From Deinococcus roseus (GTDB taxonomy: Bacteria > Deinococcota > Deinococci > Deinococcales > Deinococcaceae): a stretch of DNA of 24,000 bases. Location of the stretch: assembly GCF_014646895.1 (NCBI RefSeq), contig NZ_BMOD01000002.1, forward strand, positions 102,217 through 126,216, written 5' to 3'. The position numbers and the translations under genes were made by a program. The notes under the pieces were generated by a model. That model saw only the letters and a list, made by a program, of their open reading frames with translations. It did not search any database and was not told the DNA's origin. Of the stretch, positions 1-8,164 are shown in pieces (the stretch's first letter is position 1; every line of letters starts with the position of its first letter).

Positions 1-89
1 ACAGGACAGCCAGCACAAAGGCTCACCTGGACGTATTTAATGGTGCACCTGGGAACAGGGGGCACAGAGAACAAAGGAGTCAGGAATCA

Positions 90-649
<560 letters not shown>

Positions 650-650
<1 letters not shown>

Positions 651-1168
651 TGGACCCCCGGGATCTCAAGAAAATCCTGGATGCCCTTTCAGACGCTGAA
701 TTCTCCGAGTTCAGCCTGAAAACCAGCGAATACGAGATTTCGCTCAAACGGGGTGTGGAACAGGTGTTCGTGCAGGCTCCAGCACCCGTGGTGGCTGGAC
801 CTCAGCAGCCTGTGCCCATTGTGGTCACCCAGCCCACCCCCCAGACCCAGCAGGCCACCCAGCCTGTTGCCCAGGCCCAGCCTGCCCCCGAAGCCGCTCC
901 TGCTGCCCCCACAGAAGACACCAGCAAACTGGTGCCCGTGAAGGCTCCCATCGTGGGAACCTACTATTCTGCCTCCTCCCCTGACGCAGCACCCTACATT
1001 CAGGTGGGGGACCGGGTGCAACTTGGTCAGGTGCTGTGCATCGTGGAAGCCATGAAACTGATGAACGAGATCGAATCAGAAGTGGCTGGAATCGTGCGCA
1101 AGATCCTGGTGAACAACGCCCAGCCTGTCGAGTACGGTCAGGATTTGTTCCTGATCGAACCTGCCTGA
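650..1168 (+). CDS. accB: Acetyl-CoA carboxylase biotin carboxyl carrier protein
   Basis: 172-aa ORF. The ATG overlaps the efp stop (TAATG). A Pro/Ala/Gln-rich linker is followed by the biotinyl-lysine motif EAMKLMNEIE near the C-terminus. Confidence 0.95.
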
Positions 1169-1245
1169 ATTTAAACATTTGAGACTTCCCCCTCGGGGCT
1201 CCTGTCAGCGGGGGCCATGCAGGGGGAAACTTTTTAAGGAGCCCC

Positions 1246-2592
1246 ATGGATCAACCTCCCTTCAAGAAAATCCTGATTGCCAACCGGGGCGAGATTGCCC
1301 TGAGGGTGATCCGCACCTGCAAGGAAATGGGCATCAAGACGGTGGTCGTGTACAGCCAGCCCGACGAGGGCAGCCTGCCCGTGCTGCTGGCCGATGAATC
1401 CGTCTGTGTGGGACCCGCTGCCAGCAAGGACAGCTACCTCAACATCCCCAACATCCTCTCTGCCGCCCTGATCACCGGAGCCGAAGCCATCCACCCCGGA
1501 TACGGTTTCATGGCCGAGAACCCCGACTTTGCCGAGATGTGCCGCGACCACGGCATTGTCTTCATTGGCCCCACCCCCGAGAGCATGCGTGCTCTGGGCT
1601 CCAAAGCCGGAGGGCGTGAAATTGCTGCCGAGAGTGGTGTGCCCACCGTTCCCGGAACGGGCGTGCTGGAAACCGTGGATGAGGCCCTGCTGGCCGCCAA
1701 ACAGATTGGTTACCCTGTGCTGCTCAAGGCCAGTGCCGGGGGCGGCGGGCGCGGCCAGAAGGTTGTGCGCACCCAGGAGGAACTGAAGAGCCTCTTCAAC
1801 CAGGCACAGGAAGAAGCCCGCCTGTACTTCGGGGATGAAGCCATCATCATGGAAAAATTCCTGGAGGAGTTCCGGCACGTGGAAGTGCAGGTGCTCGGAG
1901 ACGGCCAGGGCAACGTGATCCACATTGGAGAACGCGACTGCTCAATCCAGCGCCGCAACCAGAAACTCATCGAGGAGGCCCCCTCCACCCTGCCCGATTC
2001 CCTGCGTCAGGAGATTCTGGCCGCCGGGGTGCGCCTTGCAAAACACGTGAACTACGCGGGCGCAGGCACCCTGGAATTCATTGTGGACACCAACGGCCAC
2101 TTCTACTTCATGGAGATGAACACCCGCATTCAGGTGGAGCACTGCGTTTCAGAAATGATCTCGCAGCTGGACTTCATCCGGGAAATGCTGCTGATCGCCT
2201 CCGGTCAGGCATTGCGCATCAAGCAGGAAGAGGTGAAGCTCTACGGCCACGCCATTGAGTGCCGCATCAACGCAGAAGATCCCGAAAAAGACTTCCGTCC
2301 CAGTGCAGGCAAAATCACCAATTTGCATGTGGCCGGAGGCCCCGGTGTGCGTTTTGATTCCCACGCTTACGCCGGTTACCAGATTCCCCCCCACTACGAC
2401 AGTCTGGTCGGGAAACTGATCGTGTGGGCCCCCACCCGCCAGGAAGCCATCGCCCGCATGAAACGCGCCCTGGAAGAAACCATTGTGGATGGGGTCAAGA
2501 CCACCATTCCGCTGTACATCAAAATCATGGACAACCCCTACTACAAACGCGGGGCTGTGCTGACCAACTTCCTCAAGACTCGAATGGAGTGA
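1246..2592 (+). CDS. accC: Acetyl-CoA carboxylase biotin carboxylase subunit
   Basis: 448-aa ORF with ATP-grasp biotin carboxylase signatures (KILIANRGEIALR, GYPVLLKASAGGGGRG, EMNTRIQVEH). AAGGAG SD at 1236-1241. Confidence 0.97.
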   Translation: MDQPPFKKILIANRGEIALRVIRTCKEMGIKTVVVYSQPDEGSLPVLLADESVCVGPAASKDSYLNIPNILSAALITGAEAIHPGYGFMAENPDFAEMCRDHGIVFIGPTPESMRALGSKAGGREIAAESGVPTVPGTGVLETVDEALLAAKQIGYPVLLKASAGGGGRGQKVVRTQEELKSLFNQAQEEARLYFGDEAIIMEKFLEEFRHVEVQVLGDGQGNVIHIGERDCSIQRRNQKLIEEAPSTLPDSLRQEILAAGVRLAKHVNYAGAGTLEFIVDTNGHFYFMEMNTRIQVEHCVSEMISQLDFIREMLLIASGQALRIKQEEVKLYGHAIECRINAEDPEKDFRPSAGKITNLHVAGGPGVRFDSHAYAGYQIPPHYDSLVGKLIVWAPTRQEAIARMKRALEETIVDGVKTTIPLYIKIMDNPYYKRGAVLTNFLKTRME

Positions 2593-2610
2593 ACTTCAGG
2601 AGCACCAGAA

Positions 2611-2640
2611 GGGAGCGTGTCTGCGCTCCCTTTATCTTTT
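2611..2640 (+). terminator. Rho-independent terminator after accC
   Basis: GGGAGCG / CGCTCCC 7-bp GC stem (2611-2630) with a 6-nt loop, followed by TTTATCTTTT. It abuts the stop codon of the convergent minus-strand gene. Confidence 0.7.
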
Positions 2641-3075
2641 GGGCAACTTTACAACCATCGGTTGATTTTCGCCTTTTTCCCCGATTCTGAGTTCCCCTTT
2701 GACCTGCAGGGTTTTCATGTAGCACAGCCCATCTCTGGTGTTGCACATGAACACATCCGCATTCAGCAGCAGGGGGTAACTGCCTTTTTTGAGGTTTCTG
2801 GGAACATCCAATTTGAATTTCAGAGGGTCCAGACGGGCGAAATAGGTTTGAGGCTCGTAATCGGCATCTGGCCCCTTGATGGCCTCCCCTTCCAGAATCA
2901 GGGTTTTGAATGGGGTGGTCAGGGTCAGTCTGGTGGGTGCATCTTTGTTGATCAGCACCTCTTGTGGGTTGTCAATTTGCAGGTTCAGCACCACCGTCTG
3001 TCCAGGTTGCGCATAAACCACACCCGAATTCTGAACGGCAGCACTTCCCAGAGCAGGCAAAAGCAAAAAAATCAT
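2632..3075 (-). CDS. Secreted DsbD-N-terminal (alpha-domain)-like thiol:disulfide interchange protein
   Basis: 147-aa ORF with a hydrophobic signal-like N-terminus (MIFLLLPALGSAAV). A C-terminal Cys pair in CNTRDGLCYM resembles the C-x(5,6)-C-Y pattern of DsbD-alpha-type domains. The ATG overlaps the stop of the upstream thioredoxin gene (ATGA). Family assignment is by eye only. Confidence 0.55.
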   Translation of the reverse strand: MIFLLLPALGSAAVQNSGVVYAQPGQTVVLNLQIDNPQEVLINKDAPTRLTLTTPFKTLILEGEAIKGPDADYEPQTYFARLDPLKFKLDVPRNLKKGSYPLLLNADVFMCNTRDGLCYMKTLQVKGELRIGEKGENQPMVVKLPKR

Positions 3076-3590
3076 TCGTTCAGCAACCTCTCAATGGCCC
3101 TCCTGAGGGGTTTCTCTCCTGCAGGGAATCTGGGGGAGATTTCCCCGTGGGCCGTGTACTGAATTGTACCCCGTCTGTCCAGCAGATAAAAACTGGGCCA
3201 GTACTGGTTGCCAAACGCTTTCCAGGTGCGGTACTGGTTGTCCTGCATGATGGGCCAGCGGATGCCCTGCTCTTGCAGGTAGGTTTTCAGGGCTTCTGGG
3301 TCCCTGTCTGAATCAAACTCGGGCGTGTGCACCCCGATGATTTCCAGTCCCTTGCTGTGGTACTCGGCGTACATTTTTTTCAGCAGTGGGATGGTGTTGT
3401 GGCAGTTGATGCAGGAGTGGACCCAGAAATTGATCAGCACCACCTTGCCTTTCAAATTCTGCAATTTCAGGGGCTGGGTGTTCAGCCATGCACCGGAAGG
3501 CTGCAGTTCAGGGGCAACCCCTTTCTGCATCGACAGCAGCAAAGCAGGCAGAAAAAGCAATCCAGCACCCAGAGCAAACCATTTCTTCAT
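3072..3590 (-). CDS. Periplasmic thioredoxin-fold protein (TlpA/ResA/DipZ-C-terminal type redoxin)
   Basis: I place the start at ATG 3590 (MKKWFALGAGLLFLPALLL, signal peptide), preceded by AGGAGAACAC. The track ORF extends to 3728, but that part has no signal peptide logic. Active site is FWVHSCINCHNTIP (CxxC), followed by a YWPSFYLLDRRG thioredoxin-fold motif. Confidence 0.85.
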   Translation of the reverse strand: MKKWFALGAGLLFLPALLLSMQKGVAPELQPSGAWLNTQPLKLQNLKGKVVLINFWVHSCINCHNTIPLLKKMYAEYHSKGLEIIGVHTPEFDSDRDPEALKTYLQEQGIRWPIMQDNQYRTWKAFGNQYWPSFYLLDRRGTIQYTAHGEISPRFPAGEKPLRRAIERLLNE

Positions 3591-3708
3591 GTGTTCTCCT
3601 TCAGAGGGGTGTTCAATGGAGGTACGCACCAGAGCTGCTGCAGGTTCGATGGGTGGCCCATTGAACTTTTCACCCCGCTTTTTGCGTACCCTGACAAAGG
3701 AGACCCGC

Positions 3709-4128
3709 ATGAAATCAAAAGCCCTCAAACGCTTTCTGCTGGGTGCAGGATTCGGTGTGTTCGCTGGTCTGCTGGGATTTGTGCTGTGGAGGTATTGCAG
3801 CCTCCCCTATCCACTTTTTGACCTGTACCAGAGCATCACCCACTTTCTGGGCACCCCTAAAGTGTTCCAGTTGATTCACAAGCTGTTCGGTTATGGAACA
3901 CTGGGCCAGAACCTGGCCTTCATGGGCACCTCGGTGCTGTGGATTCTGGGGCATGGGGTGTTCGTGATGCTGTCCCGTCCCAGACCCCTGTTCATTGTGT
4001 TGCCTGCCCTGCTGTACTTCTGGCTGTCTTCATGGCCGGGCATGCTCATTTACACCGCGCTGTACAGCCTGACCCTGTTCACGAAACCCCAGAGGAAAAC
4101 GGGAGGCACCTATGCCAAGTCGGCGTGA
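3709..4128 (+). CDS. Small polytopic membrane protein (about 4 TM), partner of the downstream Mo oxidoreductase
   Basis: ATG 3709 is preceded by AAAGGAGAC (3696-3704). Hydrophobic segments are FLLGAGFGVFAGLLGFVLW, LAFMGTSVLWILGHGVFVML, LFIVLPALLYFWL and GMLIYTALYSLTLF. Its 3' end overlaps the next gene by 17 nt. The upstream part of the 3325 ORF is antisense to the thioredoxin gene and is not used. Confidence 0.65.
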   Translation: MKSKALKRFLLGAGFGVFAGLLGFVLWRYCSLPYPLFDLYQSITHFLGTPKVFQLIHKLFGYGTLGQNLAFMGTSVLWILGHGVFVMLSRPRPLFIVLPALLYFWLSSWPGMLIYTALYSLTLFTKPQRKTGGTYAKSA

Positions 4129-5110
4129 CACTCTAAAAATCCTGTCTGCAACAGCCGTGGGGCTTGCCTTTTCAGGCGTGAAAGCTGCTCCTGCAGCAGG
4201 CAAAAAAGTGGATTTCGGGCAGATCAAAGGGCTCAGCCCTGAACTGCTCAGCCAGTCCAAACTGTACCGGGTCTCCAAAAACCCCTCTTTTCTGGACCCC
4301 GACCTGACCGGGAAACCCTGGGAACTGGAGGTCTCGGGTCTGGTGGAACGCACCCTGACCCTCTCCCTGGAGCAACTGAAAACCTACCCCAGTGTGAAGC
4401 TCATCAACACCCTCACCTGCATTTCCAATCCGGTGGGTGGCAACCTGCTCGGATGCATGGAATGGCAGGGGGTGCCCGTAAAGACCATTCTGGACGAGGC
4501 AAAAGTCAAAGGCGCTGCAAAGTACCTGGTCTGGGAAGCTGCCGATGGGTTCATCGAAAGCCTGCCCCTTTCGGAATTGCCAAAAGAAGCCCTGCTGGCC
4601 TACATGGTGGATGGTGAGCCTCTGCAACCCATGCACGGCTACCCTCTGCGCATCCTGATTCCCGGGCGCTACGGCATGAAACAGCCCAAATGGCTCACCA
4701 GAATCAGCCTCTCTGCAGAAGAGGTGGATGGGTACTGGGCCGAGCGTGGCTGGAGCCGCACCGCAGTGATTGCCGCCATGAGCCGTTTTGATGTGCCCCA
4801 GCAGAACCAGACCCTCAGTGCAGGCAAAGAAACCCTCCTGGCAGGCATTGCTTACGCAGGAGGCCGCACCATCGAGAAAGTGGAGGTGTCCCTGGACGGA
4901 GGCAAAACCTGGAATGCAGCCCAGACCCGACCCCCCAGAAGCAAATTTGCCTGGATTCAGTGGGCTTACCCCTGGACCCCAAAAGCAGGCTCTTACACCC
5001 TGAAAGTGCGGGCCACCGAGGTGGGAGGACGGGTGCAAACCAGCGTGGCAAGGGACGCTCTGCCCGAAGCCGCCAGTGGCCACCACACCCTCACAGTCAA
5101 AGTCTCCTGA
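4112..5110 (+). CDS. Tat-exported molybdopterin-dependent oxidoreductase (sulfite oxidase family)
   Basis: 332 aa. Twin-arginine signal MPSRRDTLKILSATAVGLAFSGVKA. The candidate Mo-ligand Cys lies in TLTCISNPVGGN. HGYPLRILIPGRYGMKQPKWL is a typical SO-family core, and the C-terminus looks like an Ig-like dimerisation-type domain. Confidence 0.88.
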   Translation: MPSRRDTLKILSATAVGLAFSGVKAAPAAGKKVDFGQIKGLSPELLSQSKLYRVSKNPSFLDPDLTGKPWELEVSGLVERTLTLSLEQLKTYPSVKLINTLTCISNPVGGNLLGCMEWQGVPVKTILDEAKVKGAAKYLVWEAADGFIESLPLSELPKEALLAYMVDGEPLQPMHGYPLRILIPGRYGMKQPKWLTRISLSAEEVDGYWAERGWSRTAVIAAMSRFDVPQQNQTLSAGKETLLAGIAYAGGRTIEKVEVSLDGGKTWNAAQTRPPRSKFAWIQWAYPWTPKAGSYTLKVRATEVGGRVQTSVARDALPEAASGHHTLTVKVS

Positions 5111-5156
5111 ATTCACCTGTCCCTCTCATGGTCCTGAGGGGATTCCCTGAAATACT

Positions 5157-5184
5157 GGTTTCTGGGGCAATTGCCCCAGAAACC
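5157..5184. other. 28-bp perfect palindrome / 12-bp stem hairpin
   Basis: GGTTTCTGGGGC-AATT-GCCCCAGAAACC, centred on CAATTG. It lies 47 nt after the Mo-oxidoreductase stop and 10 nt before the next start. No U-tract follows. Confidence 0.8.
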
Positions 5185-5193
5185 GTGCGTAAA

Positions 5194-5820
5194 ATGGACA
5201 GAATGCGTTTTGTTTTTCCCCTGACCCTCTTGATTCCCCTCTCTGGTGTGACCCTGGCCCACGAAGCCCTGGACCTTGCAGATCCCTCGCTGGGTTCTGC
5301 CGCCATCATCAGCATCTGGGTGTTCGCTGTGCTGGCTGGAGTGGGCTTTCTGATCTCTCTGGGTTTGCTGCTGGGCAACCTGGGACGCAAGCAGAACCTG
5401 GTGATGGCTGGAGCCATTGGGGCTGTGCTGTCTGCCGGGGTGGCTGGAGCAGCTGGATACGCCCTGTACCTGAAGCAGAACTCTGTCTCAGACCGCATCA
5501 CCCTGCACCAGACCAGAAACGGCTGGACCACCGCCTATGGCCGCAAGATCTACCTGCAAAACCTGGTGATCCTGCCTGTAAATGAAATCAAGGACATCCT
5601 TTCCGAGAGTGAACTGGGGCAAAAATTGCAGGTTCCCATGCTGGGTCTGGATGTGGAGTTGCCAAAACAGCAACTGGTCCACCTGAGTTTCATGGTGCCT
5701 GCAGAAGGCACCTTTCTGGCCATGGATGGCAAACTGACCATCCGTGGGGTCAGCAAAGCCGAATTCGAGAAATTCCTGAACACCCCCCAGAACACCAGCA
5801 CCCAGGGATCAAATCCATGA
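5194..5820 (+). CDS. Hypothetical membrane protein (signal peptide plus Gly/Ala-rich TM pair plus soluble C-terminal domain)
   Basis: Start chosen at ATG 5194 (MDRMRFVFPLTLLIPLSGVTLA, signal-like); 5203 is also possible. The upstream part of the 4960 ORF overlaps the previous gene and the palindrome. The stop overlaps the coaE start (ATGA). Confidence 0.6.
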   Translation: MDRMRFVFPLTLLIPLSGVTLAHEALDLADPSLGSAAIISIWVFAVLAGVGFLISLGLLLGNLGRKQNLVMAGAIGAVLSAGVAGAAGYALYLKQNSVSDRITLHQTRNGWTTAYGRKIYLQNLVILPVNEIKDILSESELGQKLQVPMLGLDVELPKQQLVHLSFMVPAEGTFLAMDGKLTIRGVSKAEFEKFLNTPQNTSTQGSNP

Positions 5821-6404
5821 AAAGAATCGGTCTGACCGGCAGCATTGGCAGCGGAAAAAGCACCGTGTCTCGCCTGCTTGTAAAGAGGGACATTCCTGTG
5901 CTGGACGCAGATCAGGTGGCCCGTGAAGTTTCCACTTTTCCAGACGTGCTGCAAAAAGTCAGCGAGGCTTTTGGACCAGAGTATGTCACCCCTGAAGGTT
6001 TCAATCGTCCCAAAATTGCAGAACTGGTGTTCCATCAGCCCGAGGCCCGCCAGACCCTGAACGGCATCATCCACCCCAGGGTGCGGTCCAGAATGCGGGA
6101 ACTGGAAGAGGCTTTGCAGGCAGATCTGGTGGTGCAGGACATCCCCCTGCTGTTTGAAAGCAATCTGGATGCCCTGATGGACGCCACCATCGTGGTGGAT
6201 GCCCCTCTGGAAGAGCGCATTGCAAGGGTGATGGCCAGAGATGGCCTTTCCCGTGAGCAGGTGCTGTCCCGCGACAACAGCCAGATGCCCGCAGCAGAAA
6301 AACGCCAGAAAGCCACTTACGTGGTGTTCAACGATGGGTCGCTGGAACACCTGGAAACCCAGGTGAACCGGATTCTGGATGCATTGCTGAAATCAGGTTC
6401 CTGA
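5817..6404 (+). CDS. coaE: Dephospho-CoA kinase
   Basis: 195 aa. N-terminal P-loop MKRIGLTGSIGSGKST followed by VLDADQVAR and IHPRV motifs typical of CoaE. Confidence 0.93.
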   Translation: MKRIGLTGSIGSGKSTVSRLLVKRDIPVLDADQVAREVSTFPDVLQKVSEAFGPEYVTPEGFNRPKIAELVFHQPEARQTLNGIIHPRVRSRMRELEEALQADLVVQDIPLLFESNLDALMDATIVVDAPLEERIARVMARDGLSREQVLSRDNSQMPAAEKRQKATYVVFNDGSLEHLETQVNRILDALLKSGS

Positions 6405-6428
6405 ACCTCATCAAAGTCAAAGCAAAAT

Positions 6429-6460
6429 CAGAACCCCTGCCATCATCAGCAGGGATTCTG
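6429..6460. terminator. Bidirectional terminator hairpin between convergent coaE and the 6475-6831 gene
   Basis: CAGAACCCCTGC / GCAGGGATTCTG form a 12-bp stem with one mismatch and an 8-nt loop. T-rich flanks are on both strands (TGTATTTC on plus, ATTTTGCTTTG on minus). Confidence 0.6.
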
Positions 6461-6474
6461 TGTATTTCAGCACC

Positions 6475-6831
6475 TCAGAGCGGTCGCAAATCTTCCCAGA
6501 GCTGCCAGCCCACTCCAGCAGGGGTGGCGTTCAGCAAGGGGTTCAGAGCCACACTCAGGCGTTCTGCATGGGCATGAAGCTCCTCGTTGGAGGGCTGGTC
6601 CTGGTAGATGCGCAAAGCCGTGAACTGGAAAAAGTGCTGGCTGCTGGTCATTTCGCCATTTTCAAAAAAGGCAAAGGGGGCCTGCATTTCATCCCACAGC
6701 AAACTGGCTTCCTCCAGGGTCTCCGGAAGGTATTCGGACAGTTCCAGTGGGCTGCTTTTGGGATACCACAGGTACCCTTGCAGCAACCGGATGGCCATGC
6801 GGCCTTCTGGGGGGGTCAGCTGTTCATCCAC
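6475..6831 (-). CDS. Hypothetical protein
   Basis: 118-aa ORF with acidic, protein-like composition. Its GTG start overlaps the upstream HAD gene by 16 nt; the alternative start is ATG 6798. The opposite-strand ORF (6460-6876) has low-complexity antisense-type composition. Confidence 0.55.
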   Translation of the reverse strand: MDEQLTPPEGRMAIRLLQGYLWYPKSSPLELSEYLPETLEEASLLWDEMQAPFAFFENGEMTSSQHFFQFTALRIYQDQPSNEELHAHAERLSVALNPLLNATPAGVGWQLWEDLRPL

Positions 6832-7412
6832 GCTTCAAGCTCCTGCAGGAAGCGGTCATGCTCGGCGTGGTGGTAGAGGATGGTGCTGAAACCCAGGGCA
6901 CGGGCAGCAGCCAGGTTCTCTTCCACATCGTCGATGAACACGCTGTTTTCTGCGGTCACACCCGTGGCCTGCACCAGGGCATGGAAAGATTCAGGACTGG
7001 GTTTCTTGCTGCCAATTTCATTGCTGTACACCATGGCATCGAAGCGGGACCAGCGGGGATCGGCTTTCAGGCGGTCACTGAGCACCGGGTAGTTGTTGCT
7101 CAGCAGGCCCACCTTGAAGTTCTGGGGAATGGTGGGCAGGAATGCGTACATGGGGGGGTTTTCCAGCACACTGCCCAGGTACAGTTCAATCACTTCTTCT
7201 AAAGGGGCAGAGAAACCCACTTCCTGCATGAGGTTCTCGAAAAAGGTTTCCAGGTTCCATTTGCCCAGTTCCAGCTGGTGCACATGGGCGAAATACACAG
7301 CGCGGACCTTTTCCACGTCGAGGTTGTAGCGTTCGGCAATGCGGCCCGTGGACCGTCCATCAAAGGTGTTCTGGGTGAAGACTCCACCCCAGTCAAAGGT
7401 GATTGCTTTCAT
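6816..7412 (-). CDS. HAD-superfamily hydrolase (subfamily IA-like)
   Basis: 198 aa. Motif I variant is MKAITFDWGGVF, with LLSNN (motif II) and FIDDVEEN (motif IV). GGGGAG SD lies 5 nt upstream of the ATG. Confidence 0.85.
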   Translation of the reverse strand: MKAITFDWGGVFTQNTFDGRSTGRIAERYNLDVEKVRAVYFAHVHQLELGKWNLETFFENLMQEVGFSAPLEEVIELYLGSVLENPPMYAFLPTIPQNFKVGLLSNNYPVLSDRLKADPRWSRFDAMVYSNEIGSKKPSPESFHALVQATGVTAENSVFIDDVEENLAAARALGFSTILYHHAEHDRFLQELEAWMNS

Positions 7413-7458
7413 GTGGGCTCCCCAAACCTGCCTGAAATTCTGAGGCGCAAAAGCAGGT

Positions 7459-8097
7459 TTACGGTCCTCTGCGTGCCTGTGAGGTGCTTTCGTCGATCAG
7501 CACACCGCGCCGCAACCAGGCCCTGACGCAGAGGTCTCGCACCAACCTTAGCACCATCAGGGGTTCTTCGGGGTGATTTTGTTTAAGCGGCCTGCCAAAT
7601 TGCCTGACATGCTGCTGGTGGCTTTCCAGAAACTGCGGAATGGGCAGGGCAGCCTGACGGTAGGAAATCACCTCGCTGAATTCCAGTGGAAACACCTGTG
7701 GAACACTGGTGGTGACCACAGCACTGATGCCAGAGGCCGGGTCTTTCAGGACCGAATGGGCTTCCACGTGGGTCTGTCCTGCATCTGTCCAGTTGAGGGT
7801 CACCACCATCAGGTCATTTGAAAAAGGCATCTGCTGGAGATGCCTGAAAAAACCCGAATCTGGTTGTGCTGCGTGCTGTTTGAATCCCAGTTCCAGCAGG
7901 TCCTGTGACCATGCAGCCACCTCTGCAGGGATGTCCTGCATTTCTGGTTCTGCTGATGGTTCAAACACATGGGGGTAGGATTTTCCAATCAATCTGGCTG
8001 CACTGAGCTCTGAAATCATGCCACGCGACGCGTCCATGCCGAACAAGCGTTCCAGCTCGTTGGAGGTCAGGGCAGCCAGATTCAATTTCAAGTGCAT
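7459..8097 (-). CDS. Hypothetical protein
   Basis: 212-aa ORF and the longest in its region. The ATG is preceded by TAGAGT-N7 (leaderless-type promoter). I recognise no motifs. Confidence 0.55.
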   Translation of the reverse strand: MHLKLNLAALTSNELERLFGMDASRGMISELSAARLIGKSYPHVFEPSAEPEMQDIPAEVAAWSQDLLELGFKQHAAQPDSGFFRHLQQMPFSNDLMVVTLNWTDAGQTHVEAHSVLKDPASGISAVVTTSVPQVFPLEFSEVISYRQAALPIPQFLESHQQHVRQFGRPLKQNHPEEPLMVLRLVRDLCVRAWLRRGVLIDESTSQARRGP

Positions 8098-8164
8098 TTC
8101 CTACACTCTACCACTCCAGAGGTAACAGATGTATGGGCAAAATCGGAAGCGTTATACTGCAACC

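Noticed and set aside
3325-3708. 5' extensions of track ORFs: 3325-3708, 3591-3728, 4960-5193, 11823-11990, 14675-14752, 17024-17068, 18241-18336, 18974-19003 and 22443-22511
   Set aside because: The extensions overlap neighbouring genes or promoters, and several start at GTG or TTG codons. They also lack SD or -10 context and add non-homologous residues ahead of obvious signal peptides or family N-termini. Internal starts with SD or TAnnnT-N6 context were preferred.
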